Source: Verrucomicrobiota bacterium | GTDB taxonomy: Bacteria > Verrucomicrobiota > Verrucomicrobiia > Limisphaerales > UBA1096 | DNA length: 64,000 nt | Assembly (NCBI GenBank): GCA_030749225.1 | Contig: JASMKO010000057.1 | Location: 4,724 to 68,723 of the forward strand | Direction of reading: 5' to 3' | Shown here: piece after piece, positions 44,836 to 54,223 of the stretch | How the letters are laid out: every line of letters starts with the position of its first letter | Position numbering within the stretch: the first letter of the stretch is position 1 | The notes under the pieces: model-generated | The model's database searches: none | The model's input: the letters and a program-made list of their open reading frames with translations, nothing else | Told to the model about the DNA's origin: nothing | Position numbers and translations under genes: made by a program

Positions 44836-46925
44836 GTTATCATGACTGGTTCTGCTGGCCGACTGCCCCTGGCGGCCAGAACGGTCTCTAGAGTGACAAA
44901 CAAAAGCACCGCCGCCAAGGCCCATTGCCAGTATTCACGGCGGTGCGCCTCGGTCTTTTCCGCTGCTACGGCGGCGGAAATTTCACCGGGAGAGGCAACC
45001 GGATCGGTCATCGGCAAGCCGAGTTTTTTAAATTGATCCATGACAATCGGCTCGGTGCGGCTCTCCGCCACCGTGAGGTTGACCGCAAACGTCTCCGACC
45101 AGTCACTGCCCTTCGCGGTATGCAGGCCGGGGGTGGCCGGCGTGAAAAACTTGTCGACCGATATCGCCGTCGCCCCGTCGCCGGGCGGTATGACGGTGAC
45201 GTCGCCACCGACCTGGCCGTTGTTGAACCGCGTCACGTCAACCTCGCTGCCAACGACGAACTGCCGCGACTGGGTTTTGCCCTCAAGCACCGGCTGGAGG
45301 ATCGAGTAGAGCAGTGGGATGAACTTGGTCGAGAGCGCCAGTTGGCTGTCGACCGGTGTCCAGCCGGAGTTCATCACCAGCAACCGGCCGTCACCGCGCC
45401 GCGCCGCAAGCCACGCCGGTGCGCCGGAGTCGAAGCGCGCGAGCACGTCGATGCCCTCGTCAGGCAGGTTTTGCAGCTCACGATGTTTCCAGAAGTGGAG
45501 GTTTGTGAAATCGCTGAATCGCGCGTCGCGGAACACCGCCAAAACCGGGTGGTCCAGCTTGAGCGACTGCAGCAGCGCGTAGTCACTCGACGCGATGTCG
45601 CGGATGACCACGCCGTCCGCACCAAGCCACTGTCCAAGGTTCGCAGTCTGGCCCGGCGACTGCACGATCATCAACACCGTGGCACCGCCCCCGATCGCCT
45701 GGTCAAGCGCTTGGGCCAGCGGGTCGTCGACGGCATCACCGATGACGAACAGGTCGGCCTCCGGTAACGGGCCGGTCGATTTGCCGCTGACCGCCTCGAC
45801 CTGAAAATCGAGAGTACTCGACTGATGAAACGCACTCGCAAGATAAAACAGTGTGCCCTCGGCATTGTTGGGTTTGTCCTCTCCAACGTACACAATGCGC
45901 ACAGTCTGTTGACGATTCTGCGCAAAATGAAACTGATTGTCGAACTCCGCCGCGTCGCCCCGGATGGCCAGTCGTTCGACGGACTTCCCGGCCCATTCGC
46001 CCGGCAACTCGATCACCCGGCTACGGCCCGGCGGAACGTGCACTTTTTGGCTGAGAGTCTCGCCGGCAGTCGTGTGTGCCAAAAACTCCAGCTCATCGCC
46101 AATGCCGTTGGCCGAGTTGCTGATGCGGAATGAAGGCACGGCTTCAACCGCAGCCCAGGGCGAGCGGGAGGCGACCTGCTCGATACCGGCGTTGCCTTGG
46201 TCGTCCTCGCCGATCTGCTCGAGCCTCACCTTGATGCCGGTGGGCCATTCGTAGCCCTGCATGTCGTCGAGACGGCTGCCCTTTTGCAGGTCGCTAATGA
46301 CGATAATCTCGCGCCTGGCCAAAGGCTGTTCGTCCGCTTCCAACTCGTCCGCTCCCGGCTCGTCCCCATCGATCAACTCGCCGGCGAGTACTAGCGCCTG
46401 GCCAAGGTTGCTCCCGCCGAAGCCCGGCTTGGCCAGGCGCTCGAGTTGGGCGTTCACTTCCGCCCCGGACGAGCTGCCGAGCCACGACTGGACCTCGGCT
46501 AGCAACTCCGTGGAGTCGTCATAGGCGATTAGCGTGAAACGGTCGCCGGGGCCGAGTTGGCCAAGCGTAGTCTGCACTCCGGCCTTGGCCTGCGCCCACA
46601 GGTCGGCGCGCTGCATGCTGGCGCTGCGGTCGAGCAGCACGGTGATCCATTGGCGGTCGCGTCGGGCGGCGTCGGCCGGGTCATCTACCGTGACGAACGG
46701 CCGCGCAAAAACGAATGCCAGCAACAACAGCGCCAAGCAGCGCAACAGCAACAGTAGCAGATGCGTCGGCCGCCGCTTGCGATCGACCGGCGGCTTGGTC
46801 TTGTCGAGGAACATCAGGCTGCCAAATTCCTGCTTGTTCTTCGGCCGGTCGTGCAGCAGGTGCAGGATGATCGGGATGGCCAGGCCAAGCGCGCCCAACA
46901 GGTAAAGCGGTGTCAGGAAACTCAT
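44832..46925 (-). CDS. BatA-like protein (N-terminal double-TM 'aerotolerance regulator' domain plus vWA-like domain)
   Basis: The N-terminus MSFLTPLYLLGALGLAIPIILHLL matches the BatA N-terminal signature. WITVLLDRSASM is vWA MIDAS-like. A C-terminal TM is present. Confidence 0.8.
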   Translation of the reverse strand: MSFLTPLYLLGALGLAIPIILHLLHDRPKNKQEFGSLMFLDKTKPPVDRKRRPTHLLLLLLRCLALLLLAFVFARPFVTVDDPADAARRDRQWITVLLDRSASMQRADLWAQAKAGVQTTLGQLGPGDRFTLIAYDDSTELLAEVQSWLGSSSGAEVNAQLERLAKPGFGGSNLGQALVLAGELIDGDEPGADELEADEQPLARREIIVISDLQKGSRLDDMQGYEWPTGIKVRLEQIGEDDQGNAGIEQVASRSPWAAVEAVPSFRISNSANGIGDELEFLAHTTAGETLSQKVHVPPGRSRVIELPGEWAGKSVERLAIRGDAAEFDNQFHFAQNRQQTVRIVYVGEDKPNNAEGTLFYLASAFHQSSTLDFQVEAVSGKSTGPLPEADLFVIGDAVDDPLAQALDQAIGGGATVLMIVQSPGQTANLGQWLGADGVVIRDIASSDYALLQSLKLDHPVLAVFRDARFSDFTNLHFWKHRELQNLPDEGIDVLARFDSGAPAWLAARRGDGRLLVMNSGWTPVDSQLALSTKFIPLLYSILQPVLEGKTQSRQFVVGSEVDVTRFNNGQVGGDVTVIPPGDGATAISVDKFFTPATPGLHTAKGSDWSETFAVNLTVAESRTEPIVMDQFKKLGLPMTDPVASPGEISAAVAAEKTEAHRREYWQWALAAVLLFVTLETVLAARGSRPAEPVMIT

Positions 46926-47869
46926 GCAGCATTCCTCGCGTTCGAGCGGCGTTGCCGGACAACAGCGCGTGCGGGGCGTTCCTCGAGGAAGCGTTGCAAC
47001 ACCCGCTCGAGTGGTTCGGTAGTGGTCACGCGGAACCCAGGGATGCCCTGCGCGCTGAACATCGCATCGAGCGCGGCATTGTGCGCGTTGTATTGTTGCT
47101 GATACGCCTCCCGGGCCATGCCCGGATCGAGGATGAGGTTGCGGCCGCTCTCCATGTCCTCGAAGATCGCGGCGTCCTCAAAATCGAAATCAACCTCACG
47201 CGGATGCAGCACCTGCACGGCGCGGACGTCGTGCCCGGCGGCAGTGAACAGGCTCAGGCAGCGCTCCATCTCGTCAAGCGGCGAGAGAAAATCGGACACG
47301 AGCACGATCATGCCGCGCTTGCCGACGAGCGAAGCGAGTTTCTCCATCGCCTGGCAAAGGTCAGTGGCGTTGCCGGCCGGCTGGGTCTCGAGCCGGCCGA
47401 GGATAGTTTTCAACTGGTCCTGCCGGTAGCGCGGCGGGATGAACTCGCGCACGTCACGGTCGAACGTCGCCAGGCCGACGGCATCGCGCTGCTGTGTGAG
47501 GAACCACGCCAGCGACGCGGCGAACGTGCGGCCGTAGTCGCTTTTTTTGACGCCGACATCGTCGCCGCCGAACTCCATCGACCTGGAAAAATCAACCATG
47601 AACGTGCAGCGCAGGTTGGTTTCGTCCTCGAATTTCTTGATAAACTCACGGTCGGTCCGCGCCATCACCTTCCAGTCCAGGAAGCGGACGTCGTCGCCGG
47701 GCGAGTATTGGCGGTACTCGGTGAACTCGGTGGAAAAACCGGTGCGTGGACTGCGGTGCAGCCCGCTCATGAATCCCTCGACCACAGCCCGCGCCCGGAG
47801 TGAAAGGCTACTGATTTCCATCAGGGCCTTCGGGTCCAAAAAACGGTGCTTTGTGGCGGTTCGATTCAC
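46922..47869 (-). CDS. DUF58 (vWA-like) protein, MoxR partner
   Basis: The GTG start overlaps the MoxR stop as GTGA. The DUF58 signature is GLHRSPRTGFSTEFTEYRQYSPGDDVRFLDWKVMARTD. Confidence 0.85.
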   Translation of the reverse strand: MNRTATKHRFLDPKALMEISSLSLRARAVVEGFMSGLHRSPRTGFSTEFTEYRQYSPGDDVRFLDWKVMARTDREFIKKFEDETNLRCTFMVDFSRSMEFGGDDVGVKKSDYGRTFAASLAWFLTQQRDAVGLATFDRDVREFIPPRYRQDQLKTILGRLETQPAGNATDLCQAMEKLASLVGKRGMIVLVSDFLSPLDEMERCLSLFTAAGHDVRAVQVLHPREVDFDFEDAAIFEDMESGRNLILDPGMAREAYQQQYNAHNAALDAMFSAQGIPGFRVTTTEPLERVLQRFLEERPARAVVRQRRSNARNAA

Positions 47870-48870
47870 GGGACGGGAACGGTCTCAAGAAGTTTCTCGA
47901 CGACTTGATCGGCGTCGACGCCCTCCGCCTCGGCCTTAAAGTTGGGCAGGATGCGGTGGCGCAGCACCGGCACGGCGAGCGCCTTGACGTCGTCTGGCGT
48001 GACGTGGGAACGGCCCTGCAAGAGCGCGCGCGCCTTGCCGGCGAGGATCAGCGCCTGGCCGGCGCGAAGGCCCGCGCCCCAGTTGACCCAATCGTTGACA
48101 AAGTCCGGCGTGCCGGCCTGACCGGGACGTGAACTCGCCGCCAGACGCACGGCGTACCGCACGACCGAGTCGGCCACCGGCACCTTGCGCACGACGCACT
48201 GTATGCGCAGCACCTCCCCGGCGCTGAACACCGGGCTTGTCTGCACTTCTTCGCGCCGAGTGGTCTCGTTGACCACACGCACCTCTTCCTCCTCCGGCAG
48301 GTAGTCGATGAAAACATTGAGCAGAAAGCGGTCGAGTTGCGCCTCCGGCAGCGGATAGGTGCCCTCCATCTCGATCGGGTTCTGTGTGGCCAGCACAAAA
48401 AACGGCTGCGGCAACTCGCGGCTCGTGCCGCCGACGCTAACCTGTTTTTCCTGCATCGCCTCGAGCAGTGCGGCCTGCGTCTTGGGGGGCGTGCGGTTGA
48501 TCTCGTCAGCCAGCAGGACGTTGGTGAACACCGGCCCCTTGACAAAGCGCAGCTCCCGGCCGTGCTCGCCGTCGGTGAGAATCTCGGTGCCGGTGATGTC
48601 CGCCGGCATGAGGTCGGGCGTAAACTGGATGCGATGAAAACCGAGGTCAAAAATCCCGGCGATGGCGCGCACCATCAGCGTCTTGGCCAGGCCCGGCACA
48701 CCGGTGATGAGGCAGTTGCCACCGGCGAAGAGCGTGACAAGAATCTCCTCGACCGCCGCCTTCTGCCCGATGATGACGCGGCCCAATTCCTGTTCGATTT
48801 TATCGCGGCCGGCAGCGATCTGCTCGACTGCCTTCCGGTCCTCCTCGTGTGTGGTTTCAGTATTTTCCAT
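47866..48870 (-). CDS. moxR: MoxR-family AAA+ ATPase
   Basis: The Walker A region is ITGVPGLAKT. Also present are HRIQFTPDLMPADITGTEIL and VLLADEINRTPPKTQAALLEAMQE (Walker B / sensor). Confidence 0.95.
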   Translation of the reverse strand: MENTETTHEEDRKAVEQIAAGRDKIEQELGRVIIGQKAAVEEILVTLFAGGNCLITGVPGLAKTLMVRAIAGIFDLGFHRIQFTPDLMPADITGTEILTDGEHGRELRFVKGPVFTNVLLADEINRTPPKTQAALLEAMQEKQVSVGGTSRELPQPFFVLATQNPIEMEGTYPLPEAQLDRFLLNVFIDYLPEEEEVRVVNETTRREEVQTSPVFSAGEVLRIQCVVRKVPVADSVVRYAVRLAASSRPGQAGTPDFVNDWVNWGAGLRAGQALILAGKARALLQGRSHVTPDDVKALAVPVLRHRILPNFKAEAEGVDADQVVEKLLETVPVP

Positions 48871-48872
48871 AT

Positions 48873-49718
48873 CTAGTGAGTCATTGCGTAAAAAATGATG
48901 TTGATTCCCATCGGGTATGCCTTGGGCTCAGAGAATTCCTTGAAATACCACTCACCGGCACGGCTCTCTTCCTCCCAACCGTCGCCGAGGTCGGTGTTGT
49001 GGCAGATGATCGTCATAAGCCGGCCATCGTCGTCGTAAACTCCACGATAGTGTGGTATCTCAGCGTCACGCCGCTCCCAAGTGATGCCATACGGTGCACC
49101 CTGCATCGCCGTGCGGGGATTTGGCACCTGCGGTTTCTCCTTCAGCGGGAACACGCACTGGAACACTTCGTGCCCAAGCGGCAACTCAACAATCTCCCGA
49201 GACGGGAACACACGCTTGAACTCGCGCTCAAAGTTTTCCCATTCTGACTCACCCCAGAAATCATCCACCATCAGGAAACCACCGGTGAGCAGGTATTTGC
49301 GAAGCGCCCTGACCTCATCATCGCTGAAGGTTAATTCCCCCGGCTCAATAATGTAAATAAACGGGTAATCAAACAGCTTCTCCTCAGTGAGGTTGAGCAC
49401 CGTGCCGTCAGGATCCACCTTGAGTGCGGTGAGTTGCTTCAGCCGAAACGACATGTTGAGGTCACTTTCGGGATAGTCGATCGACCACTTGCCGCGGCCA
49501 CGCCAGCCCCCACCCCACGAATCGTACTGGATCCGGGCGAAGGTAAACGTGTCGTGTGGTAGTTCCTCATCTCGATCCCAGTTCTCCACTCCACCGCGTT
49601 CATCGTGCTCACCACGATGCCAATCGCGCTCGCTCCAGGCCGCAAGCGTCACAAGCATTAACATGGCAATCACTAGCCCAAGCCCAAAGCGGTGAGTCGG
49701 ATGGCGCAGAAGGTTCAT
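48873..49718 (-). CDS. DUF4159 domain protein
   Basis: FTFARIQYDSWGGGWRGRGKWSIDYPESDLNMSFRLKQLT...YPFIYIIEPGELTFSDDEVRALRKYLLTGGFLMVDDFWG is characteristic of DUF4159. Confidence 0.8.
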   Translation of the reverse strand: MNLLRHPTHRFGLGLVIAMLMLVTLAAWSERDWHRGEHDERGGVENWDRDEELPHDTFTFARIQYDSWGGGWRGRGKWSIDYPESDLNMSFRLKQLTALKVDPDGTVLNLTEEKLFDYPFIYIIEPGELTFSDDEVRALRKYLLTGGFLMVDDFWGESEWENFEREFKRVFPSREIVELPLGHEVFQCVFPLKEKPQVPNPRTAMQGAPYGITWERRDAEIPHYRGVYDDDGRLMTIICHNTDLGDGWEEESRAGEWYFKEFSEPKAYPMGINIIFYAMTH

Positions 49719-52291
49719 TCCACCTTGGCCTCCTCGACGGGTGGCTCAGGCTTGGCCAAGCGAGTGAGCAGTTTCTGCGCGGCGCGGAACCGCGGAGCAT
49801 CCTCGAGCGCCTGCAGAATGTGGCGCTTGGCCTCAGCCGGCGCCGTGTCGGCCAGCGCGGTGGCCAGCCGGAAATGCAGATCCACCGGATCGGCCGGATC
49901 TAGCAACAGCAGCCTCTTAAGCGGCCGGATGGTCGCCGCCGTGTTACCGGATTGCTGTGCACTCAGGGCCATGTATCGGTGGCCGATGGGCGATAGCGGG
50001 TTGGCGGAGAAGAAACGCTTGGCCAGGCGATCAACCGCCTCCCAGTTTTCGCGCTCAGCGTGAATCTCCATCAACCGCCCATACAGTTTCGTCGCCGCGT
50101 CCTCGATGGCCGCCCATTGCTCCAGCACGGCCAATTCATCCTCCGCCTGGCCAAGCTCGCGGTGGGCGCGGGCGAGCATGCCGTAAGGTGAACCACCGCC
50201 GCGCTGCCTCGGATGTAATCGTATCGAGCGCTCGATCAGTGGGATGGCTTCGAGGAATTTTTCCTCCTCGATGAGGTTGGCGCAGGTGTTGTTTAGCGCC
50301 CAGATGTTGTCCGGATTAGCCTCGAGCCAGTCGACAATGGCGTTCTTGTCAAGCGGATTGACCTCGAGCGGGGTCGGCTTGGCCAAGTCCGCCTCCGGAG
50401 CGAACGCCTTGGCCAAGCCAGTGGCAAACGCGGTGAAACCCTCCTCGAGCTTGGCCAATGGGGCAGCGTGCTGCTCGATGGCGATGTTGATGAACACACC
50501 CTCACCAAGGTCGCGCAAAATGTTGCTGATGCACGCCTCGCCAAAATGTTCAACAAGATACTCGACCACGAGCGACGACTGGTAGTAGGCAAACTGCATG
50601 TGCTCCGGGCTCTTGGGGACGAGAAATGCCATGCTAAGCCGCTCGAGCGGGGTCATCTCCCCATTGAGGATGAAGTCTCGGTATTCCGGTGTCATCTGCT
50701 CGCCCCACGAACGGTGCCGCAGCCGCTCCTCGTAGACCGAGATGCCCTCGCTAAACCAGCGTGGCATCTTGTTGCGCGTCTTTTGCAAGGTAATCACATG
50801 GCAGTACTCGTGCCACAGCAGCGACTGCCAGTTCTGCTGGAAGCCGACGAGCGACTTCGGGCTGTTGGCCGTGATTAATTTGCCAAAGCAAACCCCCATG
50901 TAACCGTCGCCGCCCGGGATGCCGAACGTCCGCACGGCAAAATCCTTTTTCTCGGGGAAAATCTCGACGATCACCGGCCCCTCAACCTGTGTGTCGTATT
51001 TCTTCGAAAACAGCCCGCGGGCCTCGGTGAGCAGGTCGATTGCCTCGTCGCCGTACAGCGCCGCTTCGTCGCGGGTCATCCGCAGCAGGAAGCCGTTGCG
51101 CTCGATGGTCACGTATTTTTTCAGCGAATCATGCAGCGTGAGCAGGTTAAACGTCGTGACGTCGTAGCCGTCGGCCTCGTGCGCCTCCCCGGCCAGCCGC
51201 CATCCCTCCTCATCCTCGCCCAGCCGCAACAGATCCTGCGCAAGCTGCGTCTTGGCCGGGATGTAATCTTTGCTAAACTTGAGCGCCTGGCGCTGGTGCG
51301 CTGCGCCCTCGGCAAAAAGGTATTTCGACGACAGTTTTTTGCCGATCTCGTGATCGACCAGCGGGTTGGTCTTCCAATATTTCAAGCCGTTGGCCCGCGC
51401 CTTCTCGGCCCTGGTCGGCTCGTTGCGGATGATGTGGAGCGCGGCCTGCAGCGCCCAGCTTGCGGCATGGTGCGGGTTGACCTTGAAGATCGCCTTGAGG
51501 ATGCCGTTGGCCACATCGTACTGCTCGGCGTCGGCCTGGTTGTGCGCCTGCAACAGCAACGACGGGACGTGGTCGGGGTTGTTGAACATCGCCGTGTGCA
51601 GCGGCTCCTCCATCTGCGACGGGTCGCTCTCGGCGTAGGCCTTGGCCAGCCCATACAGCAGGTCGGCGTCCTCGGGATAATGCCCAATCGCCTTCGTAAA
51701 CGTCCTACCGGCGAGCTTGAAGTCGCGCTTGGCCAAGGCCAGTTCGCCGACCGCCAGCAGCGCCTCCCGGTTGTCGGGGCTCGACTTGAGCACACGGTCA
51801 AACAGGTTCTCCTTCACCTGCTTGGGGTCGGAAACGGCGGCCTTGAGCAGCGCGCGCCCGATATAGACGAGCGTGTTCTCGTCGCTAATGCCGCGTTGGC
51901 CATTGAGGAACTGCATGATGATCTGCAGCATCTGGCCGGCCGACTCAGTGTCGCCGTTGGCCTCGTAGGCAAGATGAAAGAGCCAAAGCGCCTCGGCATT
52001 GTATCGGTACCGGTAATCCTCCAGCAATTGGGTGGCAAACTGCTTGGCCTCAGGATACTGGCCGGTGGCCAGGCGCGCGCGCAGCAGCAGCAGCCGCCAG
52101 CCACTGTCATACTCCTTTTCGGCGATCGCCTGCTCGCAGGACTCAATCGCCTTGGCGAACTCGCCGATGGCGAAAAACTCGCGGGCCTCCTTCAGCGTCG
52201 CCGCCCGCGCTTGGCCAAACGTTAGGCAGGCCAATGCCAGCAGCATGCAATACGGGAAAAAACAAGGCATCGAACCCACCACCCTCATCAT
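49715..52291 (-). CDS. TPR-repeat protein with a gluzincin (peptidase-MA-like) HExxH...E domain; first gene of the MoxR operon
   Basis: A signal-like N-terminus is followed by TPR repeats on both sides of LLWHEYCHVITLQKTRNKMPRWFSEGISVYEE. That segment is HExxH plus a downstream Glu, similar to the M1-type WLNEG motif. Confidence 0.7.
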   Translation of the reverse strand: MMRVVGSMPCFFPYCMLLALACLTFGQARAATLKEAREFFAIGEFAKAIESCEQAIAEKEYDSGWRLLLLRARLATGQYPEAKQFATQLLEDYRYRYNAEALWLFHLAYEANGDTESAGQMLQIIMQFLNGQRGISDENTLVYIGRALLKAAVSDPKQVKENLFDRVLKSSPDNREALLAVGELALAKRDFKLAGRTFTKAIGHYPEDADLLYGLAKAYAESDPSQMEEPLHTAMFNNPDHVPSLLLQAHNQADAEQYDVANGILKAIFKVNPHHAASWALQAALHIIRNEPTRAEKARANGLKYWKTNPLVDHEIGKKLSSKYLFAEGAAHQRQALKFSKDYIPAKTQLAQDLLRLGEDEEGWRLAGEAHEADGYDVTTFNLLTLHDSLKKYVTIERNGFLLRMTRDEAALYGDEAIDLLTEARGLFSKKYDTQVEGPVIVEIFPEKKDFAVRTFGIPGGDGYMGVCFGKLITANSPKSLVGFQQNWQSLLWHEYCHVITLQKTRNKMPRWFSEGISVYEERLRHRSWGEQMTPEYRDFILNGEMTPLERLSMAFLVPKSPEHMQFAYYQSSLVVEYLVEHFGEACISNILRDLGEGVFINIAIEQHAAPLAKLEEGFTAFATGLAKAFAPEADLAKPTPLEVNPLDKNAIVDWLEANPDNIWALNNTCANLIEEEKFLEAIPLIERSIRLHPRQRGGGSPYGMLARAHRELGQAEDELAVLEQWAAIEDAATKLYGRLMEIHAERENWEAVDRLAKRFFSANPLSPIGHRYMALSAQQSGNTAATIRPLKRLLLLDPADPVDLHFRLATALADTAPAEAKRHILQALEDAPRFRAAQKLLTRLAKPEPPVEEAKVE

Positions 52292-52567
52292 ACCGTTCTG
52301 TCGCGGATAAAGTTACTGTCGCTCTGGAAAAAACGTGTCACCGGTTCGCGACCACCGTCCGTTTGCAGCCCCGTTTATACAAGACAAATCGCCGTTCAAA
52401 CGTTGCATCGAGGCCAAGCGTTGACCGTTTTTCCGTCAAGACGCCCAAGCCAAGTGCCCTCCCGGCGTGCTCCGGCGGATCGTCGCCGCCGCCTGGCCAC
52501 GCGGTATCGGGAGGGGGCCCTCCAAAAAAACTTGCCTCAACGGCAGCCAAGCCCGGACAGTCGGCGC

Positions 52568-52948
52568 ATGGATCAGCCGGATCAACTGCGGGAACTCTTT
52601 CGAATGCAAAAGGCGCTCAACAAGCGGATCGGCGTACGCACCGATGAGTTCAACGACGAACAGAAAACCGAGTGGGTGCTCAACTACTGCCGCGCCATGT
52701 CGCAGGAACTCGCCGAGCTGACCGACAGCGTGCCGTGGAAATGGTGGGCCAAGTACCAAAAACTCGACGAGCAAAATGCCCGAGTCGAAGTGGTCGACCT
52801 TTTTCATTTTCTCATCAGTCTCGCACAGACCCTCGGTATGAGCGCAGACGATGTGTTTACTGCATACGAGAAAAAGAATGAGGTCAACTTCCAGCGGCAG
52901 GACAGCGGCTACACCGAGAAGGACGAGGCCGACTCGAGACACATTTGA
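52568..52948 (+). CDS. All-alpha NTP-pyrophosphohydrolase, dimeric dUTPase-like
   Basis: I reset the start to ATG 52568 (MDQPDQLRELFRMQKALNKRIG...). The pattern ...NYCRAMSQELAELTDSVPWKWW...EVVDLFHFLISLA is typical of the dimeric dUTPase/MazG-like family. Confidence 0.6.
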   Translation: MDQPDQLRELFRMQKALNKRIGVRTDEFNDEQKTEWVLNYCRAMSQELAELTDSVPWKWWAKYQKLDEQNARVEVVDLFHFLISLAQTLGMSADDVFTAYEKKNEVNFQRQDSGYTEKDEADSRHI

Positions 52949-52964
52949 GGCCGCCTCTCGATTG

Positions 52965-53516
52965 ATGAGTGATCCCAACGCAGACATCGCCCGGGTGCTG
53001 GTTTCCGAGGAGGCAATCCGGCGGCGTGTCGGCGAACTGGCGGCACAGGTGCAGTCGGACTTCGCCGGGCGCGACCTCGTCGTGGTCGGACTGCTCACCG
53101 GAACGCTGATGTTCCTGGCCGACCTCGTCCGCGAAATCGATCTGCCGCTGCGGCTCGACTTCATCGGCGTCTCCAGCTACGGTGACAGCACCGAGTCGGG
53201 CCAACTCGTGTTCACCAAGGAACTCAAGCTCGATGTGGCAAACCGGGACGTGCTGCTCGTCGACGACATCCTCGACACCGGCAAAACCCTCCGAGCCGTA
53301 ATCAAGAAACTGGAAGCCATGCAGCCATGCCACATCAGCACCTGCGTACTGCTCTCCAAGAAGGCGCGACGCGAATATGACATCCCCGCCGACTACGTCG
53401 GCTTCGAGATCCCCAACGAGTTCGTCGTCGGCTACGGCCTCGACCACGCGGAAAAGTACCGCAACCTGCCAAGCATCGGCGTGCTGAAGGGGTTCGCAGT
53501 CAGTGGTGAGCAGTGA
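52965..53516 (+). CDS. hpt: Hypoxanthine(-guanine) phosphoribosyltransferase
   Basis: I reset the start to ATG 52965. Supporting motifs are VVGLLTGTLMFLADLVREI, FIGVSSYG, and the PRPP motif VLLVDDILDTGKTL. Confidence 0.9.
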   Translation: MSDPNADIARVLVSEEAIRRRVGELAAQVQSDFAGRDLVVVGLLTGTLMFLADLVREIDLPLRLDFIGVSSYGDSTESGQLVFTKELKLDVANRDVLLVDDILDTGKTLRAVIKKLEAMQPCHISTCVLLSKKARREYDIPADYVGFEIPNEFVVGYGLDHAEKYRNLPSIGVLKGFAVSGEQ

Positions 53517-53520
53517 GCAA

Positions 53521-53766
53521 ATGACTATCACCGTGAAATTCTGGTCGTACTTCCGCGACTACGCCGGCTGCCCGGAAGCGGCAATCGAAATCGATAACGG
53601 TGCTACCTTGGCCAAGTTTCACGAGATCGTTTGCGATCAATTTCCAAAACTGGCGGACGCCAAAAACAGCACACTAAAGGCGGTTGGACTGGAATACGAG
53701 GACGACGGGTTCGTCCTGAGTGACGGGGACGAGGTGTCGTTTTTCCCGCCAGTGCAGGGCGGCTGA
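53521..53766 (+). CDS. moaD: MoaD/ThiS-family sulfur-carrier protein
   Basis: 81 aa ending in ...FFPPVQGG (C-terminal Gly-Gly). It lies directly upstream of moaE. Confidence 0.8.
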   Translation: MTITVKFWSYFRDYAGCPEAAIEIDNGATLAKFHEIVCDQFPKLADAKNSTLKAVGLEYEDDGFVLSDGDEVSFFPPVQGG

Positions 53767-53769
53767 ACG

Positions 53770-54162
53770 ATGAAGACCGAGCTGACCATCACGACCGACC
53801 CGATCGACGAGGCGGCCTTGGCCAAGCGCCGCGTGATGGACAACGGCATGGGGGCAGTCGTTTGTTTTCTGGGCGTCGTGCGCGGGAACGAGGGCAATGA
53901 AACGATCGCCGCGATCGAGTACGAGGCGTTCGAGCCGATGGCGCGACGCCAGTTTGAGTTCTTGTTCGACGCGCTTGGGCAACGCTGGCCTGTGGAGGCG
54001 GTGCGCGTGGTTCATCGCATCGGCACAGTGCCGGTGAACGAGCCGTCGCTCTGGGTGGAGGTGATTGCACCGCACCGCGCGGAGGCATTCGATGCCTGCC
54101 AATTCCTCATCGACGAGATGAAACAGAAGGTGCCGATCTGGAAAAAGCCGATCCCGATTTAG
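53770..54162 (+). CDS. moaE: Molybdopterin synthase catalytic subunit
   Basis: GAVVCFLGVVRGNEGNETIAAIEYEAFEPMA...SLWVEVIAPHRAEAFDACQFLIDEMKQKVPIWKK is MoaE-like. Confidence 0.85.
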   Translation: MKTELTITTDPIDEAALAKRRVMDNGMGAVVCFLGVVRGNEGNETIAAIEYEAFEPMARRQFEFLFDALGQRWPVEAVRVVHRIGTVPVNEPSLWVEVIAPHRAEAFDACQFLIDEMKQKVPIWKKPIPI

Positions 54163-54223
54163 CCAACCGCGAATCAACGCCAATCGACACGAATCTCTAG
54201 GCGTTCATTCGCTGTTTTAAAAT

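Noticed and set aside
52291-52568. Search for an ncRNA (SRP/4.5S-like 'CAGCCAAGCCCGGACAG', 6S, riboswitch) in the long divergent spacer
   Set aside because: The resemblance to the SRP RNA domain-IV consensus is partial and lacks the symmetric-loop context. No other conserved ncRNA signature was recognisable by eye. Only the hairpin is reported, at low interest.
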